Shown one piece after another: positions 53,811 to 62,571 of a stretch of DNA of 64,000 nucleotides. Positions within the stretch are counted from its first letter, which is position 1; every line of letters starts with the position of its first letter. Location of the stretch: the sequence record ON529853.1; one strand, written 5' to 3'. The notes beneath the pieces are model-generated. The model saw nothing but the letters and a program-made list of their open reading frames with translations, was not told where the DNA came from and did no database searches. A program made the position numbers and the translations under genes.

Positions 53811-54152
53811 TCAAGCCGCCAGAGCGGCGATGGTCAAGGCGACCGCCGCCAGCGTGATCATCTTGCCCGATCCCCTGATCAGGCTGTCGCCGTAGGAGAG
53901 CGAGGCCGGGTCGCCCCAACTCCGGCGCTCCCGTCCCGCGAGCGTCATCATGCCCGCGAACAGGACGAGGAAGCCGGCGGTCGCCAGGAAGGTCAGCACG
54001 ACCCACCCCACCGACAGGGGGAAGAAGGCGAACATACCCCAGACCAGAAACAGCCCCAGGCTGAACCCGCCTTCAATGTCACGGTGCAGTGGCTCGTAGT
54101 CGGCGGCCGCCATGCGGGCCGAGGCGAGGCGCAGGTGCGTTTCATGATTCAT
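53811..54152 (-). CDS. multi-TM membrane protein
   Basis: ATGA coupling, hydrophobic. Confidence 0.7.
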   Translation of the reverse strand: MNHETHLRLASARMAAADYEPLHRDIEGGFSLGLFLVWGMFAFFPLSVGWVVLTFLATAGFLVLFAGMMTLAGRERRSWGDPASLSYGDSLIRGSGKMITLAAVALTIAALAA

Positions 54153-54676
54153 GGGAGGGGCTCCTTCAAGGCGGCGAGCACCGCCGCGACCGCGACGGGG
54201 TTCATGGTGAGCGGCTCGCCCTCGCCGCGCAGGCGGGCGGTCCAGGAGGCGTCCTGCTTCCGAACATAGGCGCCCCAGTCCCGGACATGCTGGTCGGGTT
54301 GAGCCGGCAGGACAGCGGTTCCCGCGCGGATGTCGCAGATCACGCCGAACTGCTTCAGGCAGAAGGTCTCGGCCATCTGGATGGCTTGATCCGTCGCGGG
54401 GCCTGGGGCGGCCTCGTAGAGGATCATGGCGTGCCACAGGGTCTCCTGCCCGACGGCGAAGGTCTGGCGGACATCTTCACTGATCTCGGCGCCGACGATC
54501 TGCATCACCCCCGCGTGGAATCCGCACATGAAGTCGAAGGCAGCCCGACGTCCGGCATCATCGGCCGCATCCGCCACCGCGTAGATGCGCTCCAGAGCGT
54601 CCAGCACCAGGACGTCTTCAGTCCCGCGCTGGCAGGCGTAGGCGAACGTGGTGAGAGCGTCGGCGCGCGGGGTCAT
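54149..54676 (-). CDS. hypothetical protein
   Basis: Coupled. Confidence 0.7.
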   Translation of the reverse strand: MTPRADALTTFAYACQRGTEDVLVLDALERIYAVADAADDAGRRAAFDFMCGFHAGVMQIVGAEISEDVRQTFAVGQETLWHAMILYEAAPGPATDQAIQMAETFCLKQFGVICDIRAGTAVLPAQPDQHVRDWGAYVRKQDASWTARLRGEGEPLTMNPVAVAAVLAALKEPLP

Positions 54677-54975
54677 CCCTGAGGCATATCCATGACGGGG
54701 CTATCCCGCAGGATGCCGTAGGCTTCGGCGTCCGACAGGTTGCTGTCGAGCAGTTGCCGGGCCAGGAACATGCGCGTCGCGTCGATCTTGTGCGGGCCGT
54801 CCGCCACGCGGTTCAGTTCCAGCGCCCGCACGGCCTCGTCGATCGTCTGGGCGTCCGTTAGGGCGTCCGAGGGGATCGACCCGCCGATGGTGGTTTGGAA
54901 CAGCTTCTGGTCGACCAGGCGCAGGGTCGAGGCCATGGCGCGCAGACGGTTCAACAGGGAGGGGGCGTCGGTCAT
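54673..54975 (-). CDS. hypothetical protein
   Basis: Coupled. Confidence 0.7.
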   Translation of the reverse strand: MTDAPSLLNRLRAMASTLRLVDQKLFQTTIGGSIPSDALTDAQTIDEAVRALELNRVADGPHKIDATRMFLARQLLDSNLSDAEAYGILRDSPVMDMPQG

Positions 54976-55385
54976 GAGGACCCTTTCAGTTCGGGTGGAA
55001 GTTCAAACAGGCGGCGCTCGCCGGCCCGGTCGCGCCAGGCGTTGATCATCGCGATGGATGCCGCGTAGCTGGTGATCTCTGCGTCCATCGACGGGGTCAG
55101 CTTGAAGGCGGCGCGCAGGGCCTGCGCCCTGGGGTCTTCCCGCATCTGCATCAGGTGCTTGGACAGCACCTTCAAGGGATGGGGCCGGAACAGCAGGATG
55201 TCGAGGATGATCGACAGGTTCGACCGCCCCGCCTGGTTCATGACCGTATCGTGGATGGCGGTGTTCACAGCGGCGGCGCCCATCCCCGGATCGACGCCGA
55301 AGGCTCGACAGACGGGCGCGGCGATCTCGGGGTTCGCCAGCAGGTAGCGCACCAGGACGTCCACCGCGTCAGGACGACCGCTCAC
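54972..55385 (-). CDS. hypothetical protein
   Basis: GTGA coupling. Confidence 0.65.
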   Translation of the reverse strand: MSGRPDAVDVLVRYLLANPEIAAPVCRAFGVDPGMGAAAVNTAIHDTVMNQAGRSNLSIILDILLFRPHPLKVLSKHLMQMREDPRAQALRAAFKLTPSMDAEITSYAASIAMINAWRDRAGERRLFELPPELKGSS

Positions 55386-55714
55386 GCGTCGTCCCGGTAG
55401 GCGGCGAAGAGGCGCTGCGCTTCGGCGGCCCGCTTCAGGCGCCCAGTGATGCCGGACTGGATGACCTGCTCGCAGTAGGCCTTGGCGGCGTCCGCCGTCT
55501 CGAAGCCCAGCTTGCCGTTGTTGTTGACCAGCGCGCCCCACTTATGCGTCTCGAAGTCGAAGCCGATGTTCACACGGGCCTCGTAATCGCCGTGGATCAA
55601 CTTCCAGACGGGCTGGCCGTTGTTCTCGCCGGCGTTGCGCCACGTCATGGTGCGGTCGCCGACCGGCTCGGGCGTGAAACGCTCTTGGGCGAGCGGGTTA
55701 GGGGTGTCGGTCAT
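55382..55714 (-). CDS. hypothetical protein
   Basis: GAGG RBS before MTDTPNP. Confidence 0.7.
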   Translation of the reverse strand: MTDTPNPLAQERFTPEPVGDRTMTWRNAGENNGQPVWKLIHGDYEARVNIGFDFETHKWGALVNNNGKLGFETADAAKAYCEQVIQSGITGRLKRAAEAQRLFAAYRDDA

Positions 55715-55722
55715 GAGGTCCC

Positions 55723-55935
55723 TCACAGATAATAGATGTGGGTGGTCGTCTCGACCACGCGGATGGCGGTCTCGAACTCGGGCTCCAAGGTCTCGGCCTC
55801 GGCATAGGCCTCCTCCAGGTCTTCGAACACCGCCGGAGCCTCCACGCCCTCAGGGCTCTTACGTGCGTGCGCCGTGTAAGAGTCCATGGAGTCGTTCGGA
55901 CGCTTCATGACTTCGTAGGTGGTCTTGGTCGTCAT
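55723..55935 (-). CDS. hypothetical protein
   Basis: GGAGA RBS. Confidence 0.7.
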   Translation of the reverse strand: MTTKTTYEVMKRPNDSMDSYTAHARKSPEGVEAPAVFEDLEEAYAEAETLEPEFETAIRVVETTTHIYYL

Positions 55936-56177
55936 GCGATCTCCTCGAAGTTGATGCGGGCTATGAAATAGCGTTGCGGGACCCGGTCCCAGGCGTCCTT
56001 GGTGGTCTTCAGGCGTTCGGTGCGGCGATCGTTCGCGCTCCTCAGGAAGGCCTGGGCCTCGGCGAGGTCCATAGGGACCGAGACGCTCCAGACCTTTCCG
56101 CTCCTCTCGATACGGACGACGTAAATCTTGTCCTGCTCAACAGGGGCGGGCGAAACAGATACTGATACAGCAGTCAT
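55932..56177 (-). CDS. hypothetical protein
   Basis: Class-2 promoter 56205. Confidence 0.65.
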   Translation of the reverse strand: MTAVSVSVSPAPVEQDKIYVVRIERSGKVWSVSVPMDLAEAQAFLRSANDRRTERLKTTKDAWDRVPQRYFIARINFEEIA

Positions 56178-56293
56178 GGGGTCCCTTCGGTTGATGAGGG
56201 CTGGTGTAAAAGAACGATCTGCGTATGTCAACCGGAATATCACGCTTTGTCAGCCTGAGAGAGTTGACAGACGTCATTCGCCCCTCTAGGAGT

Positions 56294-56453
56294 GCCGTCG
56301 TTGGTGGCGCTCCCACCCTCTCCCGAGGCGACGGTCAGACGGATCAAGAGGGTGACGTGGTAGGAGCCATGACTTTGATGAGGCCTGCCGGATCGCCGGC
56401 GTGAACGCAGGCTAGTCCGAGACATGCGGGTTCGACTCCCGGCCGCCGGCCCA
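56294..56453 (+). ncRNA. structured RNA candidate with tRNA-like T arm and CCA end
   Basis: TTGACA 56264; CGGG-TTCGACT-CCCG; 3' CGCCGGC-CCA; no canonical cloverleaf. Confidence 0.45.
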
Positions 56454-56471
56454 AATTCACTGGAGGTCCGC

Positions 56472-56918
56472 ATGACCACGATCGCCGAACTGCTGGAGCA
56501 GACCCCCGCTCGCATGGAAACCGGCATCGAGATGCTGGTCGGCTCGCGCTACAACCACGTCCAGGAGGTCGAGGACCATCACCTCTACGGACTGATCTAT
56601 AACGCCGACTTCTGCCCTCGGGTCGAGCAGCACATCTTCCACGAGGCGGTCTATGATTACCGGCGGTCCTGGGCCTTGTTCGGGGTCCGGTTCAACGGCG
56701 CCTGGGTCATGCTGTGCTCGAACGCCGGCCGCGAACTGGACGACTACACCCAACGTCAGGTCCTGGACGCCGAGGCCTATGTCGCCATGATCGCCTACAT
56801 TCGGTCTGAACTCGTGCGGCACGGCGAGACGCCGCTGCCCGAGGTCACGCCGCTGGACACGGAAGTCCAGTTCACCTTCTACGGACATGACGTCCGTGAG
56901 CCGCACTACCACTTCTAG
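56472..56918 (+). CDS. hypothetical protein
   Basis: GGAGG RBS. Confidence 0.8.
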   Translation: MTTIAELLEQTPARMETGIEMLVGSRYNHVQEVEDHHLYGLIYNADFCPRVEQHIFHEAVYDYRRSWALFGVRFNGAWVMLCSNAGRELDDYTQRQVLDAEAYVAMIAYIRSELVRHGETPLPEVTPLDTEVQFTFYGHDVREPHYHF

Positions 56919-56925
56919 GAGCCCC

Positions 56926-57417
56926 ATGAACTTCGCCGACCTCAAGAACCTGCTGGCCCGACACGGCTTCGGCAACATCACCGCGATCAACCATGTCGCG
57001 GGATCACTGCGCGAGGCCGGGCTGATCCAGGCCGGCACGAAGACGCCCATGACGGCCGAGGACGCCGTGGCGATGATCCTGGGGATGTCGTGCCGGGGGA
57101 CGGTGCGCGAGAAGTTCCACAATGTGGAGGCGCTGCTGGCGATGCGGGGCATCAACACTGAGCGCGACAACACCTTCGGCGCCTACCTGGCGGCCCTGCT
57201 GCACAATTATCAGCCGGACCAACACCGCTACAGCCTGACGCTGTCGCCAGACCGCCCCGCCGCCACCATCCGCGCTTTCGACACCTATCTGGGCGAAGGC
57301 GTCTCCGTCCCCTGGGGCAAAGCGGTCACCATCACCTCGCCCCTGGAGCCGGTGATCTGGTCAGTGGCGATCTATCACGAGGTCCTGCATGACGTCGCCC
57401 TGGCGTTGCGCGCATGA
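56926..57417 (+). CDS. hypothetical protein, possible N-terminal HTH
   Basis: AGGAG RBS. Confidence 0.7.
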   Translation: MNFADLKNLLARHGFGNITAINHVAGSLREAGLIQAGTKTPMTAEDAVAMILGMSCRGTVREKFHNVEALLAMRGINTERDNTFGAYLAALLHNYQPDQHRYSLTLSPDRPAATIRAFDTYLGEGVSVPWGKAVTITSPLEPVIWSVAIYHEVLHDVALALRA

Positions 57418-57599
57418 GCCCCGCCGACAAGGCTGACAAGGTCCGCCGGGCTCTTCTGATGATCGCCCAGGAGGTTGACGCCGACCACGCCGCGCGGATT
57501 GTCACGGCCCTGGATGAGAGCCCAGAAGACACCCTGGCGCGGTTCTTCGACATCGTCATGCATGGCCGCGACCCCCAGGCCTGCACCACCGCCAGCTAA
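57414..57599 (+). CDS. hypothetical protein
   Basis: ATGA coupling. Confidence 0.6.
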   Translation: MSPADKADKVRRALLMIAQEVDADHAARIVTALDESPEDTLARFFDIVMHGRDPQACTTAS

Positions 57600-57634
57600 C
57601 AAAAAAGGCCCTGCCCGTTCCCAGGTCAGGGCCT
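57600..57634 (-). terminator. terminator between convergent genes
   Basis: AGGCCCTG...CAGGGCCT stem with A-tract. Confidence 0.7.
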
Positions 57635-57658
57635 CTATTAGCAGTCGAGCCGCCTATA

Positions 57659-58282
57659 TTAGACGCCGTAGCCCGGCTCAAGCGCGCGACGCATGTTCTG
57701 ACGCGCCTGAACTTCCAGCGGCTTGAACTGCTCCGTGAAGAAGATCGATGGCTGCTCCAGGGTGTGCTGGAGGAAGGCGCGACGCCCCTTCTCGTAGGCG
57801 GCCGGGTCCAGACCGCCCGACAGGAACTCCAGCTTCAGGTTCTCGCTGTTGCGGTCGTACTCGACGGGATCGGCCGCCAGCGGCGCCATGTCGAGGTCGA
57901 CCATGTGGCGGATCATGTGCCGCACCGACGGGTCGTTATGCTGGAACTCGTCCGGGTTGTGATGGATCGTGACCAGGATCAGCGCCTCGGCGATCTCAGG
58001 CTGGACGAACAGCCCCTTTGCGCGCCACGCCTCCAGGCTCTGACGCTCGTTCCAGCCCTTCTCGCGGCCGATCTGATAGACGCAGTCGTGCGCGGTAACG
58101 GCGGTGCGGAAGATCGCCTCCAGGTAATCGGGAAAGTAGGGCTTGCGGTAGCCGAGGACGCGCAGGCCCCGCGTGGCGCCGCTGTCGTGCATCTCCAGCA
58201 TCTCCAGGACGTGGAAGACGCTGTGGTAGCGGCGGTGCGGCTCGTCGTAGAGGCGCAGGAGTTCGAGTTGGGTGAGGTTCAT
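57659..58282 (-). CDS. HD-superfamily metal-dependent phosphohydrolase (COG4339-like)
   Basis: YDEPHRRYHS..H, AHDCVY, DLDMAPL. Confidence 0.85.
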   Translation of the reverse strand: MNLTQLELLRLYDEPHRRYHSVFHVLEMLEMHDSGATRGLRVLGYRKPYFPDYLEAIFRTAVTAHDCVYQIGREKGWNERQSLEAWRAKGLFVQPEIAEALILVTIHHNPDEFQHNDPSVRHMIRHMVDLDMAPLAADPVEYDRNSENLKLEFLSGGLDPAAYEKGRRAFLQHTLEQPSIFFTEQFKPLEVQARQNMRRALEPGYGV

Positions 58283-58359
58283 GCGAGCAGCGTAAAGCAG
58301 TCGACTTAGCGCGGCAATATCGATTGACGTAGATTACGGCAAATGGATAAGATCGGCGA

Positions 58360-59268
58360 ATGCTCGTCGCTATTAAAGCCCCTGAAGAACGCGTTCTCGC
58401 CTCGGTCGCCGACCGCAACAATGTCCACTATTGTCCTTCTTGCAGAGGCCAAGTGACTTTGAAGCGCGGGAAAATTTACGCACCACATTTCGCTCATCAC
58501 CCCGACGCCGATTGCGATCGGAAAGGTGAGACCATGCAGCACCTTCTGGCTAAGATCAGGATCGCTGAGGGGCTTGAACGCCGAGGTTTGCGTGTTGATG
58601 TTGAAATGCCTCTGAACACTCCGCGCGGAAACCGTCGCGCTGATCTGCTCGTCACTTCCCCACAGGGCGATCGGGTTGCAATCGAGGTGCAGCAGCAACC
58701 TATTCACCCTGATGAGATGTCCAGGAGAACTAAATCGTACATGTCTGCCCGTGTGCCGGTTATTTGGATAGCAGTGGCCCCCGTAACGTTAACTTCCAAA
58801 GCATACGCGGAATACACACTGGACCCTGTATACGGGAAGCCCATAGTCGCGGGGGGCTCGTATCACTATCGTGTGTCCCCGCTGAATCGCTTCGAGTGTG
58901 CCCGTATCAAATACAACGCCTCACAGTTCGAGCGTTGGATCGCCGCCTATGGTGGTGGGGTCATATGGTACTACGATTCTACATGCCGCAAGCTGGTAGA
59001 GTGCTTGATTTATCCTCATGAGACATACGTAGAGTCCTCGTCATTCTATCGGCACGGTGAAGAGCATGTCGTAGGTGGCTACTGGAAAACCTCAAAGAAG
59101 TATGTCGACCTGTACGTCAGGAGTATCGTCAGCATCGAGGATGTTATTTTCGATATACATCATTTCCCCGGAGTTCGTTTCGAAAAGAGCCATCGTATAC
59201 CTTCGGGTGAGGTTGCCCGATTGATCGATGGTCCGAAGGAGAAGTATTACGAGCGTCTGCCGGCGTGA
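58360..59268 (+). CDS. CoiA-like Zn-finger/PD-(D/E)xK nuclease family protein
   Basis: CPSC...HFAH..DC...ETMQHLLAK; RADLL...VAIEVQ; visibly lower GC. Confidence 0.8.
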   Translation: MLVAIKAPEERVLASVADRNNVHYCPSCRGQVTLKRGKIYAPHFAHHPDADCDRKGETMQHLLAKIRIAEGLERRGLRVDVEMPLNTPRGNRRADLLVTSPQGDRVAIEVQQQPIHPDEMSRRTKSYMSARVPVIWIAVAPVTLTSKAYAEYTLDPVYGKPIVAGGSYHYRVSPLNRFECARIKYNASQFERWIAAYGGGVIWYYDSTCRKLVECLIYPHETYVESSSFYRHGEEHVVGGYWKTSKKYVDLYVRSIVSIEDVIFDIHHFPGVRFEKSHRIPSGEVARLIDGPKEKYYERLPA

Positions 59269-59471
59269 AACGCCCGGATCGGGTTCAGCCCGTCATCCAG
59301 AGGCTGGAACGCCTTCCAGAGGTCATTCCGCCAGGGCTTGGTCAGGGCGAGGATGCGGTCGCGTTCGGCGCCCTCCAGCACTTCGCCGGTGTCGGGATCG
59401 ACGACATAGAAGTCGTGGGTCATCAGCCGGCGGAAGGCGTCGCACATCTGTTCGGAGGGGTTTGGCCGCAT
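59247..59471 (-). CDS. hypothetical protein
   Basis: Short ORF with typical codon usage. Confidence 0.55.
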   Translation of the reverse strand: MRPNPSEQMCDAFRRLMTHDFYVVDPDTGEVLEGAERDRILALTKPWRNDLWKAFQPLDDGLNPIRAFHAGRRS

Positions 59472-59759
59472 GGTTCCACCATGCGCGGTCCGGACGGAAT
59501 GTCAAGAAAGCCGACACTGGAATGCAAAACGCCCCCGGCGAACCGGGGGCGTCAGGGTGGCGTAGAACAGACGACACGATCCGAAAAGGGTCCGGGCTCC
59601 ACTCCCCCGTTAGCTGTTCGGTCGGCTCACCGTAAGGCCCGACGGTGATCGTCGCCGGGTTGCAGTCCTACCCCCGGCTGGCTTGGCTTAATCCGGGAAC
59701 CGAGGTCCCTAGTTGCTGCGCCGCTATGCCTGTGCATGGTGCCTGAATAGGCGTAAAAG

Positions 59760-59969
59760 TCAAGCTTTCGGCGCCGCCTTGCGCATCCTGGCCGCCAGAG
59801 GATCGTCGGCGCCGCGAGGCTCGGCGCCGTCCGGCAGCACGCTATAGGCGACGAACGGGTTGTGCCGGTGCGCGCCGACCTTGATCATCGATAGCACGGT
59901 CTTCTCGCGCAGGATCAGGTAGCTAGGCTCGTCCCGGAACCAGACTTCATAGCGCCGGCGTTTCGACAT
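59760..59969 (-). CDS. hypothetical protein
   Basis: TGATG coupling. Confidence 0.65.
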   Translation of the reverse strand: MSKRRRYEVWFRDEPSYLILREKTVLSMIKVGAHRHNPFVAYSVLPDGAEPRGADDPLAARMRKAAPKA

Positions 59970-60154
59970 CAGTCGGGAAACATCGCCGCGCGCTGTTCCG
60001 CAGTCAGGCGCGGGCTCGGCAGGCGAGTCCGTAGACGTGTGGCGATCCGCCGGGCCAGGTCATAGTCGGCCTCCTCCAGGAACTCCGGTGTCACGTCTTC
60101 CAGCGCGTTGAACCACTGGCGCAGCAGGTCGATCTCTTCATCGCTGAAAATCAC
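59969..60154 (-). CDS. hypothetical protein
   Basis: GTGA coupling. Confidence 0.6.
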   Translation of the reverse strand: MIFSDEEIDLLRQWFNALEDVTPEFLEEADYDLARRIATRLRTRLPSPRLTAEQRAAMFPD

Positions 60155-60675
60155 AGCTTCACAATCCCCTCGCAGGTGCGGGTGTAGTAGAGCGCGCCCT
60201 GGACGGCCGGGTGCTGGTAGTAGGAGAAGCCGCAGCGGCAGACGACGTCGCCGCCGGCGCGCGGCACGCCGACCTCGTCGATGAAGAGGCGGTCCGCCTC
60301 GGCCAGGAGGGCGGGCGCGTTGCCGTGGTGATCGTAGCCCAGGCTCTCGCGCATGGTGTCGGGGATGCCGAACAGGCGCTTGTCGCGCCGAGCCTCGATC
60401 TCCTTGCACAGGTCGCTGTAGGCTTTGATGATCCACAGCGACGCGTCGCGTTGGGCGCTCGGGTCGCCCTCGTAGTAGGCGATGACTGGGTTCATCTCGT
60501 TGAGGTAAACAGTCCACCCCGGCCCTTTCGCCTTGGTCCCCTCTACCTGGACGCCGTAGATGTCCCCTTGATACCTGCGCAGGACGGTCCTCAACAGGTC
60601 CCCGCCGGACCCAGGCTCCATCTCCACCACGCCTTCCGGCAGGAACTTCGCCCGCCGCTCGCGCGCTGTCGTCAT
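60151..60675 (-). CDS. hypothetical protein with C-terminal Cys/His motif
   Basis: C.CG...YQHP......C. Confidence 0.75.
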   Translation of the reverse strand: MTTARERRAKFLPEGVVEMEPGSGGDLLRTVLRRYQGDIYGVQVEGTKAKGPGWTVYLNEMNPVIAYYEGDPSAQRDASLWIIKAYSDLCKEIEARRDKRLFGIPDTMRESLGYDHHGNAPALLAEADRLFIDEVGVPRAGGDVVCRCGFSYYQHPAVQGALYYTRTCEGIVKL

Positions 60676-60869
60676 CCGTATCGTCCTTCATCTTCACGCC
60701 GACGCGGCATGTCATGATCTTCGCGGCGGTCCTCGAAGACCTCGATCGCCCGCGTCAGGCGCTCTCGCACATGATGCCGCCGCGCGTCTTTCCTGATCTT
60801 CGGCAGTTCCGCCAGCGCCAGGCGCAGGGCGTCCTCGATCATGTCACCGTAGTCGTCGTCGATGATCAC
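60672..60869 (-). CDS. hypothetical protein
   Basis: Coupled. Confidence 0.65.
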   Translation of the reverse strand: MIIDDDYGDMIEDALRLALAELPKIRKDARRHHVRERLTRAIEVFEDRREDHDMPRRREDEGRYG

Positions 60870-61120
60870 GCGGGGGCCGCCTTCGGCAGCGAATCCACGA
60901 TGACGTGCCCCGCGACGTCGAGCCGCAGGCCTTGGCCGTCCCCCGCGAACTCGCCCGCCAACTGTCGGGCCGGGCCGGAAGGATCAGGCTTGTGCCAGAC
61001 CTGCCAGCCGCCGGCGCGGGTGCAGGTAACCGCGACATTGTAGGGCAGGTCGAAGATCGACGTGCGCTCCATGTCCTCGGTCGTCAGATGCAGGTCGTGA
61101 TAGGAGGGTGCCTCGCTCAC
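60866..61120 (-). CDS. hypothetical protein
   Basis: GTGA coupling. Confidence 0.6.
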   Translation of the reverse strand: MSEAPSYHDLHLTTEDMERTSIFDLPYNVAVTCTRAGGWQVWHKPDPSGPARQLAGEFAGDGQGLRLDVAGHVIVDSLPKAAPA

Positions 61121-61419
61121 CGCTTGACCTCGAAGGTCGTGCCGTTGGGGCTTTGGAGGATTTCGCCGTACAGCGGCACGACGTCGAACACCTCGGTCGA
61201 GCCGTCGGCCCAGCCCTTCGACCCTCGCAGGTCCCGCTGCCGGAGCAGACGCAGATGCGCCTCGCCGGCCTCGAAGGAGGTGAAGATGGTCGCTCGGGTC
61301 GGCGCCCGGTTCCACATGGGCGGCGTCTCGTAATAGACGACGCGGACAACGCCGTCGGGCGACGTCTTGGTCGACCGCAGGACCCAGCAGTGCTCTTCCA
61401 GCAGGGTGATCTTGCTCAT
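61117..61419 (-). CDS. hypothetical protein
   Basis: Coupled. Confidence 0.7.
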   Translation of the reverse strand: MSKITLLEEHCWVLRSTKTSPDGVVRVVYYETPPMWNRAPTRATIFTSFEAGEAHLRLLRQRDLRGSKGWADGSTEVFDVVPLYGEILQSPNGTTFEVKR

Positions 61420-61508
61420 GCCTGACCACCCAGGAGGAAGCGCAGGTTGCCCAGCGGGTCGAAGAAGCCGCGCCAGCCGGCGCCGAGGTGACGCAAGACG
61501 AACGTCAC
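61416..61508 (-). CDS. 30-aa peptide
   Basis: Overlaps at both ends. Confidence 0.4.
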   Translation of the reverse strand: MTFVLRHLGAGWRGFFDPLGNLRFLLGGQA

Positions 61509-61816
61509 AGTCCGGCCGCCTTGCGCGCCGCCTTGATGTCGCCGATGCGCACCGAGACGTTGTTGAGCACGATCCGGTCGTCGTCCTCCAGGCCGCGCCA
61601 CTTGCCGTCGCTCGGCGCGCCGTAGTAGTCGGCCGCCTTGCGGGCGACCGCGTCCAGGGCGCTGATCCGCACGAACGCCGCGCTCAGCAGATCGCGGGCG
61701 TGTCCGCCCAGGCCGTGCGGGGTCAGGGCGTCGGTCGCATCCAGCGCCAGCAGGGCGCCGATGCTGCCCAGAAGGTTGGCGTTGTCGCCCCGGAAGGTGT
61801 CGGTGATCTCGGTCAT
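61505..61816 (-). CDS. hypothetical protein
   Basis: Operon position. Confidence 0.7.
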   Translation of the reverse strand: MTEITDTFRGDNANLLGSIGALLALDATDALTPHGLGGHARDLLSAAFVRISALDAVARKAADYYGAPSDGKWRGLEDDDRIVLNNVSVRIGDIKAARKAAGL

Positions 61817-61819
61817 GGT

Positions 61820-62251
61820 CTATCCTATGCGGAAGACGATGCGCTCGACGCCCATCGCCTGCATCTGGTGGAGGTCGGTAAAGAAGTCGTCGCCCAGGTG
61901 CTCCCGGACCGTCATGATCTGACCGCCTTCACGGAGATTGGTGAAGGTCTGATCGTAGTCAAACGCCAGCAATTCTGTCAACGTCAGCCAGGATTTTACA
62001 CCATCCCCCAGGTCGTAGGCGTCCGCCCAGGCCGTCCACTCGCCGAAACGGCCCATCTCGTAGGGAGGCTCCGCCGGCCAGTCGCTCGGAAGGTAGCGCG
62101 CCTCGGTGATAAAGGGCGCTTCGGCGTAGTTGCGCTGGTTGGCGAGAACGCCGTAAATGGCGTAGCTGGTCCATGCAGGCGTGAACCCGACCGGCTCCCA
62201 CAGGCCTGCGCCGTTGCGTCGCTGCGCGATCAGTTTGATGAAAGCGCTCAT
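61820..62251 (-). CDS. conserved-looking phage hypothetical protein
   Basis: LANQRNY...RYLPSD...SWLTLTELLAFDY. Confidence 0.75.
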   Translation of the reverse strand: MSAFIKLIAQRRNGAGLWEPVGFTPAWTSYAIYGVLANQRNYAEAPFITEARYLPSDWPAEPPYEMGRFGEWTAWADAYDLGDGVKSWLTLTELLAFDYDQTFTNLREGGQIMTVREHLGDDFFTDLHQMQAMGVERIVFRIG

Positions 62252-62571
62252 GACGACAGGCTCGCAAGAGCCTCTCGCGCCTTCCCGTACTCGATCTCCA
62301 GGAGCCCGGCGATGTGCGTCTCAGGGTCGTATTGATGGGCGAAGTCCGGGTGGAACCAGAACCGGGCGTGGTCCGAAATCCCGTCCGGCTCGCGGTAGGT
62401 CCAGAGCCCGCCATGACCCTGCATCAGTCCTTCCGACAGGCTGTAACCAGGGCGTCGCGTGACGCCGTCGAAATGTCCGCCGTCGATGTATCCGGGCATC
62501 GCCGGACCCCCGAACGCCGCATAGATGGTCCGGAACATCAGACGTTCCTGGTTGGTGGCGTAGCGGATCAT
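62248..62571 (-). CDS. hypothetical protein
   Basis: Coupled. Confidence 0.7.
   Translation of the reverse strand: MIRYATNQERLMFRTIYAAFGGPAMPGYIDGGHFDGVTRRPGYSLSEGLMQGHGGLWTYREPDGISDHARFWFHPDFAHQYDPETHIAGLLEIEYGKAREALASLSS

Larger units (their letters stand above)
44357..56231 (-). promoter_or_regulatory. Six class-2 promoters: TTGAC(A)-N11-TTCCTTTACA
   Basis: TGTAAA(G/A)GAA at 44357,45394,47916,50077,53788,56205, each followed 11 nt later by the reverse complement of TTGAC-like -35. Confidence 0.8.

Noticed and set aside
56294-56453. tmRNA or standard tRNA call
   Set aside because: No alanine acceptor identity, no tag reading frame, no canonical anticodon arm; kept only as a tRNA-like candidate
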